DNA from: Gammaproteobacteria bacterium | GTDB taxonomy: Bacteria > Pseudomonadota > Gammaproteobacteria > CAJXQU01 | Reading direction: 5' to 3' | Length of the DNA stretch: 64,000 nt | Assembly: GCA_965238175.1 (NCBI GenBank) | Contig: CBDEGZ010000003.1 | Span: forward strand, 1,888,001 to 1,952,000 | In this document: positions 1 to 10,570 of the stretch, piece after piece | How the letters are laid out: each line of letters starts with the position of its first letter | Position numbering within the stretch: the first letter of the stretch is position 1 | Program-made: the position numbers and the translations under genes | The notes under the pieces: model-generated | Seen by the model: the letters and a program-made list of their open reading frames with translations, nothing else | What the model was told of the DNA's origin: nothing | The model's database searches: none

Positions 1-177
1 TTTTTACAAGTTGCTGGTAGTTTCATTCGTTTAGAAGTGATCAAATTTCAACAAATAATTTCGCCGGATTGTAATCTTAGTATCACGTTGAAATATGACT
101 CGGCAACCATGAAACTAACGTTTAAATATGAATCGGATAAGGGCGTTCATTCCAGCGGCCGCATTTGTTTTGAGTAA
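1..177 (+). CDS. 3' end of a hotdog-fold dehydratase (ApeI-like, possibly fused to an acyl-ACP synthetase); truncated by the window edge
   Basis: Frame 1 reads FLQVAGSFIRLEVIKFQQIISPD...YESDKGVHSSGRICFE* and stops at 175-177, overlapping the next gene. The KF..I.P and SSG motifs are typical of aryl-polyene dehydratases. Confidence 0.6.
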   Translation, partial: FLQVAGSFIRLEVIKFQQIISPDCNLSITLKYDSATMKLTFKYESDKGVHSSGRICFE

Positions 178-925
178 CGATCCTTATTTCAATCCGGCAA
201 TTTTGATCCCGGTCTATAATCATGAGCACGCGATAAGTGTGACATTGGGAGAAGCGCTTCAGCAGGATTGTCCTGTATTATTGGTTGACGATGGTTGTGA
301 TGCTGTTTGTAGGGATGTGTTGGTGGCACTGAGTGAAAAGTATCCTGCTCGCGTTATGTTGTTAAGATTAGAACAAAATGGAGGGAAGGGCGCTGCCGTT
401 AAAGCGGGCATGAAAGCCTTACTAACGAAAGGCCATAGTCATGCTGTTCAAATTGATGCTGATGGTCAGCATGATCTTTCTGATCTTCCAATCTTTCTTG
501 AAATGGGAGAAAAAAATTCTAAATCATTAGTGACCGGTTATCCGAAATTCGATGAATCTATACCTAAAGCTCGATATTATAGCCGCTATTTAACGCATGT
601 TTGGGTTTGGATAAATACACTCTCGTTTAAAATTCGCGATACGATGTGTGGCTTTCGAGTTTATCCCTTGAAGAGTGTAATGGACATGCTGGAACAAGAA
701 CCCTGTGGGGATCGAATGAGTTTTGATACAGAAGTTATTGTACGTTGGTTTTGGCGCGATGGTGAAATTATAAATATACCAACGTTTGTAGGTTATCCTA
801 TTGATGGCGTTTCACACTTCGATGTCTGGCAAGATAATTTTCTTATTACGATGATGCACACGCGACTTTTTTTCGGAATGTTGCGACGATTTCCTAGACT
901 TTTTTGGCGTAGATTCAATGGCTAG
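170..925 (+). CDS. Glycosyltransferase family 2 (aryl polyene cluster)
   Basis: Motifs IPVYNH, VDDG, NGGKGAA, QIDADGQH, DTMCGFRVYP. The TTG at 170 overlaps the upstream stop and is a more likely start than 128. Confidence 0.85.
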   Translation: MSNDPYFNPAILIPVYNHEHAISVTLGEALQQDCPVLLVDDGCDAVCRDVLVALSEKYPARVMLLRLEQNGGKGAAVKAGMKALLTKGHSHAVQIDADGQHDLSDLPIFLEMGEKNSKSLVTGYPKFDESIPKARYYSRYLTHVWVWINTLSFKIRDTMCGFRVYPLKSVMDMLEQEPCGDRMSFDTEVIVRWFWRDGEIINIPTFVGYPIDGVSHFDVWQDNFLITMMHTRLFFGMLRRFPRLFWRRFNG

Positions 926-1874
926 ATTGGATACACATTGGTCAAGAGCAGGTGAGGCCGGAACCTTTCTCGGGATGAAGCTAATGTTGCTAGCTTACCG
1001 AATATTTGGCCGTATTGGGTTTCGTTTCTTTTTGTACCCAGTGATGGTTTATTATTATTTGGTTCGAAAAGAAGCACGTCTAGCATCGAAACAATATCTC
1101 GAAAGAATTCAGCCTTTTCTCCAAAAAGATCAAAAAAGATCACTTTCTTCATTCCAACATTTTATAACCTTTGGTGAATTGTTGTTGGATAAGTTTCTTG
1201 CTTGGATGGGAAAGATACGAAGAGAAGATGTTGTTTTTGAGACTAAAACCTTACTTAATAATATTAATAATGGTGGTTATGAAAGAGGTGGGATTATCAT
1301 TGTCTCCCACTTAGGCAATACGGAAATTTGTAACGCACTTGCGTACCAGTTACCGAATATTCGATTGAGTCTATTGGTTTATACTCAACATGCTGAAAAG
1401 TATAACTCGTTAGTTAAAAAAGATAATAAAAATGCACGTATTGATATTTTGCAGGTAACTGAGGTGTCACCAGTAACCGCGATGCTTTTGTCTGATCGGA
1501 TAAATAATGGTGAGTATATTATTATCAGCGGTGATCGGACCCCTGTTTCTGGAAAAGGTCGAGTTTCTGAAGTTACTTTTCTTGGACACACAGCACCTAT
1601 GCCGCAAGGTGCTTTTTTGATCGCTAGTCTATTGGAGTGTCCCGTTTATCTTTTGTTTTGTTTAAAGCAAAAGAAACAATATCATATTTATGTTGAGTTA
1701 TTTTCAGAGCGATTAAAATTTCTCCGTAAAAAACGACATATAGAAATTAGTAAGGTGGTTCAAGATTATGCAAAAAGGTTGGAATATTTTTGTATAAAAG
1801 CACCATTGCAATGGTTGAACTTTTTCCCTTTTTGGAATGATAATTTAGAAGAAAATTTTGAGGGCCGAAAATGA
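918..1874 (+). CDS. LpxL-like acyltransferase (aryl polyene cluster)
   Basis: SHLGNTE, GDRTP, FLG..APMPQG and PLQWLNFFPFW motifs; coupled to the GT2 gene. Confidence 0.8.
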   Translation: MARLDTHWSRAGEAGTFLGMKLMLLAYRIFGRIGFRFFLYPVMVYYYLVRKEARLASKQYLERIQPFLQKDQKRSLSSFQHFITFGELLLDKFLAWMGKIRREDVVFETKTLLNNINNGGYERGGIIIVSHLGNTEICNALAYQLPNIRLSLLVYTQHAEKYNSLVKKDNKNARIDILQVTEVSPVTAMLLSDRINNGEYIIISGDRTPVSGKGRVSEVTFLGHTAPMPQGAFLIASLLECPVYLLFCLKQKKQYHIYVELFSERLKFLRKKRHIEISKVVQDYAKRLEYFCIKAPLQWLNFFPFWNDNLEENFEGRK

Positions 1875-2278
1875 TAGAAGCTCAAGTTGTGATAAAAGTT
1901 CCTTTCCATGATGTCGATGTAATGCACGTTGTATGGCATGGGCATTATATAAAATATTTGGAAATTTCACGTTGTGCGTTACTCGACAAAATTGATTATA
2001 ACTATCCCCAAATGAAAAAGTCTGGTTATGCATGGCCTGTAATTGATGTTCGTGTTCGTTATGCTCAACCTTTACGTTTCCAACAGAAAGTTCGAGTTAC
2101 AGCAAAAGTAGTGGAGTGGGAAAACCGACTGAAGATAGAGTACTTGATTGAAGATATTGAGAGTGGTCAACGTTTAACGAAAGCTTATACCGTGCAGGTA
2201 GCAGTTGATATGAATAATGAGGAAATGATGTTCGTATCGCCAGATGTTCTCTTGCAAAAACTAGGAATTGAGTCGTGA
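1871..2278 (+). CDS. Acyl-CoA thioesterase (4HBT/YbgC family)
   Basis: FHDVDVMHVVWHGHYIKYLE motif. Confidence 0.85.
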   Translation: MIEAQVVIKVPFHDVDVMHVVWHGHYIKYLEISRCALLDKIDYNYPQMKKSGYAWPVIDVRVRYAQPLRFQQKVRVTAKVVEWENRLKIEYLIEDIESGQRLTKAYTVQVAVDMNNEEMMFVSPDVLLQKLGIES

Positions 2279-2850
2279 TTAAACTGATCACATTTTTTAT
2301 ATACTTATTTATATTTCCGATCAACTCTTTAGCTGAACTCACTTTTGAACAGCTTGAAGAGATTTCAATCACTCCTGAAAATCTAGAAGGCAACTTTAGC
2401 CAAGAGAAATATCTCTCCGTATTAGATACGTCACTCACTTCATCAGGTATCTTTAAATATCAGAGAAGTAAACAAATCCATTGGAAAACACTCAAACCAA
2501 TCCAAAATGAATTGATAATGACGCCTGAAAAAGTAGTCAATAAACAGGGTGATAAGATTCTTATGCAATTGGATATTAATGAGAATCCAACTATTACAAT
2601 TCTTAGCAAAATTTTCTTTTCAGTTCTCACTTCGGATTGGGGAAAGCTATCGGATCACTTTAATCTGACTGGAACCCTGGAAGGTGAAAAATGGGATGCT
2701 GAACTTGTACCATTAGATAAAACGATTGCTCAAGTGGTTAGTCAGATAGAGCTAAAAGGAGATGTTTTACTTCATAAAATTGTTATGTATGAGAGTGAAG
2801 GTAATCGAACCACTATAACCTTTACTGATCTGGATAATTATCAAGAATAA
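2275..2850 (+). CDS. LolA-like outer membrane lipoprotein carrier
   Basis: Signal peptide; FSQEKYL..L...L.SSG.F and W....P pattern; cluster context. Confidence 0.75.
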   Translation: MIKLITFFIYLFIFPINSLAELTFEQLEEISITPENLEGNFSQEKYLSVLDTSLTSSGIFKYQRSKQIHWKTLKPIQNELIMTPEKVVNKQGDKILMQLDINENPTITILSKIFFSVLTSDWGKLSDHFNLTGTLEGEKWDAELVPLDKTIAQVVSQIELKGDVLLHKIVMYESEGNRTTITFTDLDNYQE

Positions 2851-5189
2851 TGGGTGTTCGTTTTTCCCTTTCAAGGTTAATTGCTTTTAGCTGGTTAGTT
2901 TTAGTTATTTTTATTGTCTTACTCGCAGTAAGAAAAGACCCATCATTTGATTCTAGTCTTATATCGCTATTACCGACGTCTGAGCAAAAGCCACTTGTAC
3001 AACATGCAGTTGACAAGATAGGAGAAAAATTTTCTAAACGATTAATTATGCTGGTAGCAGGCCAGGATGAAGAAGATGTTCGTTCGGCTGTAAGCTCTTT
3101 AGCTAAAAGTTTATCTAATACAAACACATCAATAACGGCTGATATTTCTGATGTTATTTGGCAGGTTGATGATGATGTGGTTCGTTTACAAAACGAATTG
3201 TATCTCTATCGATTCTCTGTGCTTGATGCAAATGTAAGGTCACTATTACAGACAAAAGATTATAAACAATTATTTGATAAAGCATTGTTCCGTTTATACA
3301 GCCCTATGCCTATGGGTGGAGGCTCTATTATTGAAGATCCTTTTGGATTTTTTTCTGAGCTTTCTCTAAATCGTTATGGGGGATTAAATGTTGAAGTTCT
3401 AAACACGATGTTGAAAGTTGTCGGCACCGAAGAACCGACGTATATGTTGATCGCAAACCTTTCTGAGGAGCCATATTCTCCAGCAGTACAGGACCGAATA
3501 TTGTCGGTAATCGCCGATCAAAAGAAGTTGTTAAGTGAGTCAAATATCAGTCTAAAAATGTCCGGTATGTTGTTACATGCAGCAGCAGGAGCTCGTCAAG
3601 CTCGTAGCGAAATTTCTACCATAGGAATTGGTTCTTTGTTGGGCATAGTTTTTATCATGTTTTTTATATTCGGACGGATTAAACCGTTACTGTTAATTTT
3701 GCTGGCTGTGATGATTGGTTGTCTGACAGCAGCTTCGGTTACGATGCTGGTTTTTGATAAAGTTCATTTGATAACTTTTGCTTTTGGCGCGGGATTAGTT
3801 GGGGTTTCGATTGATTATTCTTTACATTTTCTATGTGAACGTCAAATTTCATCTTCTGCAAAAATATTAAAAATCATATTGCCTGGATTATTGATGGCCT
3901 TGTTTTCCAGTACTATGGCTTATGCTGCCCAGGCCCTAACACCATTTCCCGGATTACGTCAGATGGCAGTGTTCTCTGCTGTTGGATTGGTATCAGCATG
4001 GATAACAGTTGTGTTGTGGTTTCCATTATTGACTAAACTTGACCGGCAGCATCCAATAATTCTAGCAGATAAACTAAGGTGGTTACGTGATAAATTCCCT
4101 TTAATAAAAGGAAATTATTTTCTTTCTTTTGTATTAGCCTTACTTCTAATTTTTTCAATTAAATCACTATTAGGGAGTAAGAGCTCAGATGATATTCGAT
4201 TATTGCAAACCTCTCCTGCAAGCCTCATATCTCAAGAAGAAAATGTACGAAAAACTTTGGGGATTAGTAGTAGTTCTCAATTTATTTTGATTTCAGGTGG
4301 TTCGATAGAGGAATGCTTGCAAAAAGAAGAAGAAATTATTATTGATCTTGAAGATCTAAAAGCAACGGGTTATATAGAAGGCTATCAAGCATTGTCATCA
4401 ATGCTACCTTCGCTAGCTCGTCAAAAAGAGAATAGTAAATTTGTCGCGAATATGTATCAACAAAAACTGGTGGCATATTTTGAACAGCTGAAGCTTTCGG
4501 AAGAAAAACTATCTGATGCAAGAATAAGTTTTGAACAAAACAAAACAAAGTTTCTTACACTGGAAGTATGGATGGAACAGAAGGGCAGCGAGAGCTGGAA
4601 AGATCTCATTGTCATGCAAACGGAAAAAAAATCTGCAACTGTAATTCGTATTAATAGTGTCTTGAACGATGATGCAAAGCAGAAATTGATCATATTATCC
4701 GAGAATGAACCCGATGTATTTTTTGTTGATCAAGTAAAGAATATTTCTGATCTGATAAGTAGTTATCGTGCACAAGTTGGCCGCTTGGTTTTGTTGGCTT
4801 ATACCTGTGTTTTGCTCGTTTTGTTGCTTCGTTATAAACGTCAAATATGGCGAGTTATGTTGCCCCCTATTTTGGCTTCTATTTTTACTCTAGCAGTAAT
4901 AGTGCAAATAGAAGGAGGTATAAACTTATTTCATCTTATGGCACTTATTCTAGTGTTGGGAATCGGTTTGGATATGGGGATATTTCTATTTGAAAATAAT
5001 GAAAGTTCGCATACATGGTTGGCAGTTTCACTTTCAACTTTAACAAGTTTATTAGCATTTGGATTACTCTCATTAAGTGAAACACCTGTTTTACATCATT
5101 TTGGTTTAACGGTTTTAGTTGGGTTAAGTTTTGTTTGGCTTCTAGCTACTCTTGTACGTAAAAATAATTCTGGAGAGGTTTATTCATGA
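2850..5189 (+). CDS. MMPL/RND-like exporter
   Basis: Two transmembrane bundles with GVSIDYSLH and GIGLDMGIF motifs; 779 aa. Confidence 0.85.
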   Translation: MGVRFSLSRLIAFSWLVLVIFIVLLAVRKDPSFDSSLISLLPTSEQKPLVQHAVDKIGEKFSKRLIMLVAGQDEEDVRSAVSSLAKSLSNTNTSITADISDVIWQVDDDVVRLQNELYLYRFSVLDANVRSLLQTKDYKQLFDKALFRLYSPMPMGGGSIIEDPFGFFSELSLNRYGGLNVEVLNTMLKVVGTEEPTYMLIANLSEEPYSPAVQDRILSVIADQKKLLSESNISLKMSGMLLHAAAGARQARSEISTIGIGSLLGIVFIMFFIFGRIKPLLLILLAVMIGCLTAASVTMLVFDKVHLITFAFGAGLVGVSIDYSLHFLCERQISSSAKILKIILPGLLMALFSSTMAYAAQALTPFPGLRQMAVFSAVGLVSAWITVVLWFPLLTKLDRQHPIILADKLRWLRDKFPLIKGNYFLSFVLALLLIFSIKSLLGSKSSDDIRLLQTSPASLISQEENVRKTLGISSSSQFILISGGSIEECLQKEEEIIIDLEDLKATGYIEGYQALSSMLPSLARQKENSKFVANMYQQKLVAYFEQLKLSEEKLSDARISFEQNKTKFLTLEVWMEQKGSESWKDLIVMQTEKKSATVIRINSVLNDDAKQKLIILSENEPDVFFVDQVKNISDLISSYRAQVGRLVLLAYTCVLLVLLLRYKRQIWRVMLPPILASIFTLAVIVQIEGGINLFHLMALILVLGIGLDMGIFLFENNESSHTWLAVSLSTLTSLLAFGLLSLSETPVLHHFGLTVLVGLSFVWLLATLVRKNNSGEVYS

Positions 5190-6415
5190 CAATCCCTCAA
5201 GGAGAGTTTGATGTCATTGTTATTGGAGCAGGACCTTCTGGTGCGGTAGCATCGGCTTTGTTAAATAAAAAAGGTTATCGAGTTTTAGTTTTAGAAAAAG
5301 AACACTTCCCCCGCTTTTCAATTGGTGAAAGCTTGTTGCCACAATGCATGGTTCATTTAGAAGAAGCAGGTATGTTGAATGCAGTCAAAAAAGCTGCTTT
5401 TCAGTTTAAAAATGGTGCGGCATTTTCTTGCGGGGATGAATATGATTTCTTTGATTTCAGGAAGAAATTTTCCGAAGGTTGGGGAACGACATTCCAGGTT
5501 CAGCGAGATCGTTTTGATAAAATACTTGCAGATGAAGCCGAAAAACAAGGTGTAGAGATTTATTATGGCCACTGTGTAACAGCTTTTGACTATGAATCAG
5601 AAGAAGTGAGGCTTTCTGTAGAAACTGATCAAAATGAGAGGTATGACATCAAGGCAAAATTTGCATTGGATGCTAGTGGTTTTGGACGAGTGCTACCGCG
5701 ACTTTTAGAACTAAATTTGCCATCAAACCTTGAGCATAGAACATCTGTTTTTACGCATGTAAAAGACAATATTACTGATAGTCGATATGACCGTAATAAA
5801 ATTCTTATTACAGTACATTCTAGTCATCAAAATATTTGGTATTGGTTAATTCCTTTTAGTAATGGAAGGGCATCTGTTGGTGTTGTTACGCCACAAAAAT
5901 TTCTTACTAGTATGGATGATTCTGAAAATAAATTAAAAGATCTTATCTCTCAGGGAGGCATGCTAGCTGATGTATTGAAAGATGCTGAGTTTGATACACC
6001 GGTTAGGGATATTGGTGGATACTCCTGCAAAGTGAAACAGTTGCACGGCGATGGATTTGCATTGTTAGGTAATGCTGGCGAGTTTCTTGACCCTGTGTTT
6101 TCATCAGGAGTTACCATCGCATTAAAATCAGCATCACTAGCAGCAAAAGTGGTTGACCAACACTTGACGGGAATGCAGCCGGACTGGGAGCAGGAATTTG
6201 CTAATCCTCTAAAACAAGGAGTGGACGCTTTCCGAGCTTTTGTTGAGGGATGGTATGATGGATCCTTTCAGGATGTTGTGTTTTCAAAGAAAAAGGATAA
6301 AAAAGTTAATCGTATGATTAGTTCTATTCTGGCAGGTTATGCTTGGGATCTTAATAATCCATATGTGAAAAATACAGATCGTTTAAATACTTTAGCTGAG
6401 TTTTGTCGCGAGTGA
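5186..6415 (+). CDS. FAD-dependent oxidoreductase / flavin-dependent halogenase-like protein
   Basis: GAGPSG, FPRFSIGESLLP, WYWLIPF (WxWxIP) and FLDPVFSSGV motifs. Confidence 0.8.
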   Translation: MTIPQGEFDVIVIGAGPSGAVASALLNKKGYRVLVLEKEHFPRFSIGESLLPQCMVHLEEAGMLNAVKKAAFQFKNGAAFSCGDEYDFFDFRKKFSEGWGTTFQVQRDRFDKILADEAEKQGVEIYYGHCVTAFDYESEEVRLSVETDQNERYDIKAKFALDASGFGRVLPRLLELNLPSNLEHRTSVFTHVKDNITDSRYDRNKILITVHSSHQNIWYWLIPFSNGRASVGVVTPQKFLTSMDDSENKLKDLISQGGMLADVLKDAEFDTPVRDIGGYSCKVKQLHGDGFALLGNAGEFLDPVFSSGVTIALKSASLAAKVVDQHLTGMQPDWEQEFANPLKQGVDAFRAFVEGWYDGSFQDVVFSKKKDKKVNRMISSILAGYAWDLNNPYVKNTDRLNTLAEFCRE

Positions 6416-6951
6416 TCAGAATAGCCCTTCTATTGATTATGTTTTACGTTAGTGGCTGTAGTTCATTAATACCACAGTTTTTTGAACCAGAAGAATTCAA
6501 ATTGTTACCTCCGGATCAAGGTCCTGAAGCGGTGCTTTTGAAACAAACTGTTACGATGGAAGCCCTGGGTGAACAACACCAGGTTCTATCCGTTGTTCGA
6601 TTGGAGCAAGAGCAAGTAATAATGGTTGCCCTTTTACCTACAGGACAACAACTATTATCTATTACTTATGATGGTGAAAAACTAACACAAGAAAACTATT
6701 CTCCGTTGGCGATTCCTGGAGAAGAAATACTCGCAATTATGCAGCTTGCATTATGGCCAGAGCCTTCAATTGAAGAGCATTACCCGGAGAGTGAAGGGTG
6801 GTTTTTAGAGTTTTCACCTGGCGAGAGAAAACTAAGAAGTGCCTCAAAAACATTGTTGAAGATTAACTATCAGGATGATGGTTTGATCATTGGAAATTAT
6901 CTACATAATTATAGGATAATTATTCATACGCTGGAGGAAAAAGTACTATGA
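6403..6951 (+). CDS. DUF3261-like lipoprotein
   Basis: Lipobox VSGC; QLALWP motif; positioned before the ketosynthase as in aryl polyene clusters. The start may be the GTG at 6412. Confidence 0.65.
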   Translation: MSRVIRIALLLIMFYVSGCSSLIPQFFEPEEFKLLPPDQGPEAVLLKQTVTMEALGEQHQVLSVVRLEQEQVIMVALLPTGQQLLSITYDGEKLTQENYSPLAIPGEEILAIMQLALWPEPSIEEHYPESEGWFLEFSPGERKLRSASKTLLKINYQDDGLIIGNYLHNYRIIIHTLEEKVL

Positions 6952-8135
6952 CTGCATCGAAATGTTACCTCAATGCGTTGGGTATGCTTTGTGCCATCGG
7001 AGATTCAACTGATGCTGTAAGGGTGAGTCTCTTGTCGCAGAAAACCAACCTAACGGTCACCGATGCATATAGCGCAGGTCAGCCTTTACCTCTTGGGCTT
7101 TATCATGGGGTTTTACCCCAGATCCAGCTAGTAGATAAAATGTGGCATTGTCGAAATAATCAATTTGCTATGGCAGCACTTGAGCAAATTAATGAGCAAG
7201 TGAAAGCTGTGATTATAAAATATGGTGCTGATCGGATTGGTGTTGTGATCGGAACCAGTACATCAGCTATTGTAGAAAGTGAATCTGGGATCAAAAATTT
7301 TATTCAAAATGGAGAGATCCCTCCTGAGTACGACTATAGCTTCCAGGAAATGGGTTTGACAGCACAGTTTGTCGCATCATTGTTGTCTACGAAAGGCCCT
7401 GCTTATGGAATATCGACGGCTTGTTCTTCAGGGGCTAAAGCGTTGGCGACAGCAAGGCGTTTGATTCAGGCGGGAATTTGTGACGCGGTTATTGCCGGTG
7501 GAGTTGATACTTTGTGTCACTTGACTGTACAAGGTTTTTCTTCGTTAGAAGCTGTAAGCGATAGTCAATGTAATCCTTTTAGTCATAATCGAAATGGTAT
7601 TAATATTGGTGAAGGGGCTGCACTTTTTTTAGTCTCCGCTCAAAATGAAGGCGTTGAATTGACTGGTGTTGGTGAAGGATCTGATGCACATCATATTTCT
7701 GCACCTGATCCCACCGGCGCAGGTGCCACCAGATGCATGATTGCCGCTTTAGAAGATGGTGATGTGCAATCAACTGAGGTGGGCTATGTGAATTTGCATG
7801 GTACTGCTACGGTTTTAAATGATCAGATGGAATCAATCGCAATGAATACCGTATTTGGATCAGATACGTTATGTAGTTCTACAAAACCATTTACGGGACA
7901 TACCCTCGGTGCTGCCGGAGCAATTGAGGCAGGTATTTGCTGGCTAACGCTACAAGATAAATCTAAGCCTTTATTACCAGTGCATCTTTGGGATGGTGCT
8001 ATTGATCCAGAATTGTCACCCATAAAGTTAGTCAAATCGGAAGTTCAACTTGAAGCTTCATTGAATTATGCTCTTAGTAATTCATTCGCTTTTGGCGGGA
8101 ATAATATTTCTCTTCTTTTGGGACGAATTGAATGA
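6948..8135 (+). CDS. Beta-ketoacyl-ACP synthase (aryl polyene KS)
   Basis: TACSS, NLHGTAT, GHTLGAAG and NSFAFGG motifs. Confidence 0.9.
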   Translation: MTASKCYLNALGMLCAIGDSTDAVRVSLLSQKTNLTVTDAYSAGQPLPLGLYHGVLPQIQLVDKMWHCRNNQFAMAALEQINEQVKAVIIKYGADRIGVVIGTSTSAIVESESGIKNFIQNGEIPPEYDYSFQEMGLTAQFVASLLSTKGPAYGISTACSSGAKALATARRLIQAGICDAVIAGGVDTLCHLTVQGFSSLEAVSDSQCNPFSHNRNGINIGEGAALFLVSAQNEGVELTGVGEGSDAHHISAPDPTGAGATRCMIAALEDGDVQSTEVGYVNLHGTATVLNDQMESIAMNTVFGSDTLCSSTKPFTGHTLGAAGAIEAGICWLTLQDKSKPLLPVHLWDGAIDPELSPIKLVKSEVQLEASLNYALSNSFAFGGNNISLLLGRIE

Positions 8136-8584
8136 AGCCCGAATATAAAGTAGAAGAGCTTGTTCCTCACTCTGGCAGGATGAGATTGATCGACGAGATT
8201 GTTGATCACGGCGAGGACTGGCTACATGCTGAAGTGCGAATCACAGAGGAATCTATGTTTGTTGAAGCGCAGGGGGTTCCTGCCTGGATTGGTTTGGAGT
8301 ATCTCGCACAAACTGTTGCTGCTTTTGCTGGTTTGCAAGAGCGCATGGAAGGAGAGGAGCCAAAGCTTGGTTTTTTGGTTGGTACACGAAAATATGTTTG
8401 TTCAAAAGGTTATTTTAAAATAGGGCGGGTTTTATCGTTAAAGGTAGAGAAAGAGATGGAGACTGAAGCCGGGCTGAGTGTTTTTAAGTGTGGGTTACAT
8501 GGCCAAGAAGTCGAGGCTTCAGCTATTTTGAATGTCTTTCAGCCTGAGGATGTTAATAAATTCTTAAGGGACTCAATTAAATGA
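8132..8584 (+). CDS. Hotdog-fold 3-hydroxyacyl-ACP dehydratase (ApeP-like)
   Basis: LVPHSGRM, WIGLEYLAQ and GFLVGTR motifs. Confidence 0.85.
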   Translation: MKPEYKVEELVPHSGRMRLIDEIVDHGEDWLHAEVRITEESMFVEAQGVPAWIGLEYLAQTVAAFAGLQERMEGEEPKLGFLVGTRKYVCSKGYFKIGRVLSLKVEKEMETEAGLSVFKCGLHGQEVEASAILNVFQPEDVNKFLRDSIK

Positions 8585-9306
8585 GTAAAACAATTTTGGT
8601 GACGGGATCTAGCCGTGGGATCGGCAAAGGTATTGCATTACGTTTAGCAAAGGATGGGTATGATCTTGTTCTGCATTGTAAGGATAATCGAGATCAGGTA
8701 GATGTTGTCGCAGATCAAATTAAGGGGATGGGACGAGAAGGGCGAGTACTACAGTTTGATATAAGTAACCGTGAGCAATGTAAGGCAAGTCTCGAAGTCG
8801 ATATTGAACAATTTGGAGCATATTATGGCGTGGTCTGTAATGCTGGGATTACTAGAGACAATGCTTTTCCTGCCATGCCTGGTGAAGAATGGGATTTTGT
8901 TCTTCGAACGAATTTAGATGGATTTTATAATGTCTTACACCCAATTATTATGCCGATGATACAGCGTCGAAAAGCATCTCGGATTGTCACCTTATCATCC
9001 GTCTCCGGTGAAATGGGTAATCGAGGGCAAGTTAATTATAGCGCTGCCAAAGCAGGAATTATTGGAGCGACAAAAGCATTAGCAGTTGAACTTGCGAAAC
9101 GAAAAATTACAGTTAATTGTGTCGCACCTGGACTAATTAATACGGAAATGATGGAAAATGTAGCTTTAGATGAAGCATTGAAAATAGTACCGATGCAACG
9201 AGTTGGAAGTGTAGGAGAGGTTGCCGGAACGGTTAGTTTTCTAATGTCGGAGGATGCCGCTTACATCACTCGGCAAGTGATTTCTGTAAATGGTGGGATG
9301 TATTAA
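8581..9306 (+). CDS. fabG: 3-oxoacyl-ACP reductase (FabG-like, aryl polyene cluster)
   Basis: TGSSRGIG, NAGITRD and YSAAK short-chain dehydrogenase motifs. Confidence 0.9.
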   Translation: MSKTILVTGSSRGIGKGIALRLAKDGYDLVLHCKDNRDQVDVVADQIKGMGREGRVLQFDISNREQCKASLEVDIEQFGAYYGVVCNAGITRDNAFPAMPGEEWDFVLRTNLDGFYNVLHPIIMPMIQRRKASRIVTLSSVSGEMGNRGQVNYSAAKAGIIGATKALAVELAKRKITVNCVAPGLINTEMMENVALDEALKIVPMQRVGSVGEVAGTVSFLMSEDAAYITRQVISVNGGMY

Positions 9307-10532
9307 TGAAGCGTGTAGTTGTAACAGGGATGGCTGGTTTTTCACCAATTGGTAATGATTGGGAAACGATATATAAACGATTAAAAGAAATGAGCACAGG
9401 CATTATTTATATGAACGAATGGGATAAATATGAGGGTTTAAACACTCGACTTGGTGCTCCTATTGTTGATTTTGAAATGCCCGCACATTATCGGCGTAAA
9501 GAACTACGTAGTATGGGGCGTATAGCACAGTTTGCAGTACTTAGTGCGGAAGTTGCTTTGGAAGATGCTGGGCTACTGGATAGTGCAGAATTAAAAAGTG
9601 GTGATGTTGGGGTATCTTATGGTTCATCAGCAGGGGATACGTTAGCATTTGCAGATTTTGGCAATATGCTAACTAATCATTCTACGGATGGATTGAATGC
9701 AAATTCATATATTAAAATGATGGCACATACGGCTCCGGTAAATATCGGGATCTATTTTGGTTTGAGAGGTCGGATCGTCACAACTTCAAGCGCATGTACC
9801 TCTGGTAGTCAAGGTATAGGTTATGCATACGAAATGATCAAAAATGAGCAGCAAATTGCGATGATTGCAGGTGGAGCCGAAGGTTTGTGTGCAACCGAAG
9901 CTGCCGTATTCGATACACTTTATGCAACTAGTGTAAGGAATGATGAGCCGCACGTTTCCCCGCGTCCGTTTGATAAAGATCGGGATGGCCTGGTAATAGG
10001 TGAAGGTGGCGGTGCACTGATTCTTGAAGAGATGGAACATGCTCAATCAAGAGGCGCGACAATTTACGCAGAGGTGGTTGGTTTTGGAACTAACTCGGAT
10101 GGTAATCATGTGACACAACCTTCTACAGAGACAATGGAAATAGCAATTCGGTTGGCTTTAGATAATGCTAAGTTGTCAGCAAATGATATCGGTTACATCA
10201 GTGCCCATGGAACGGCTACGGATAAAGGCGATATTGCGGAAAGTCAGGCCACAGCAGCCGTTTTTGGAAATAAAACCCCAGTTAGCACACTTAAAAGTTT
10301 TACTGGTCATACTCTAGGAGCATGTGGAGCGCTCGAAGCTTGGACATCGATAGAGATGATGAATAATAATTGGTTTCATGCAACAGCAAATTTGGAAAAT
10401 ATCGACCCAGACTGTGGTGATCTTGATTATATTACGCATGAAGGAAAATTGATCGAAACAGAGTATGTAATGAGTAATAACTTTGCATTTGGAGGAATAA
10501 ATTCCTCTTTAATCTTTAAGCGATGGTCTTAA
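9306..10532 (+). CDS. Beta-ketoacyl-ACP synthase (FabF/FabB-like)
   Basis: SACTSG, AHGTAT, GHTLGACG and NNFAFGG motifs. Confidence 0.9.
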   Translation: MKRVVVTGMAGFSPIGNDWETIYKRLKEMSTGIIYMNEWDKYEGLNTRLGAPIVDFEMPAHYRRKELRSMGRIAQFAVLSAEVALEDAGLLDSAELKSGDVGVSYGSSAGDTLAFADFGNMLTNHSTDGLNANSYIKMMAHTAPVNIGIYFGLRGRIVTTSSACTSGSQGIGYAYEMIKNEQQIAMIAGGAEGLCATEAAVFDTLYATSVRNDEPHVSPRPFDKDRDGLVIGEGGGALILEEMEHAQSRGATIYAEVVGFGTNSDGNHVTQPSTETMEIAIRLALDNAKLSANDIGYISAHGTATDKGDIAESQATAAVFGNKTPVSTLKSFTGHTLGACGALEAWTSIEMMNNNWFHATANLENIDPDCGDLDYITHEGKLIETEYVMSNNFAFGGINSSLIFKRWS

Positions 10533-10570
10533 AGTAAATTTCACTATCCGATACTAAAAAGGAATACGTA

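Noticed and set aside
128-169. ORF-track N-terminal extensions (also 14292, 19328, 24808, 33517, 38032, 53903, 59802)
   Set aside because: They overlap neighbouring genes or lack an RBS; downstream starts fit the family N-termini better.
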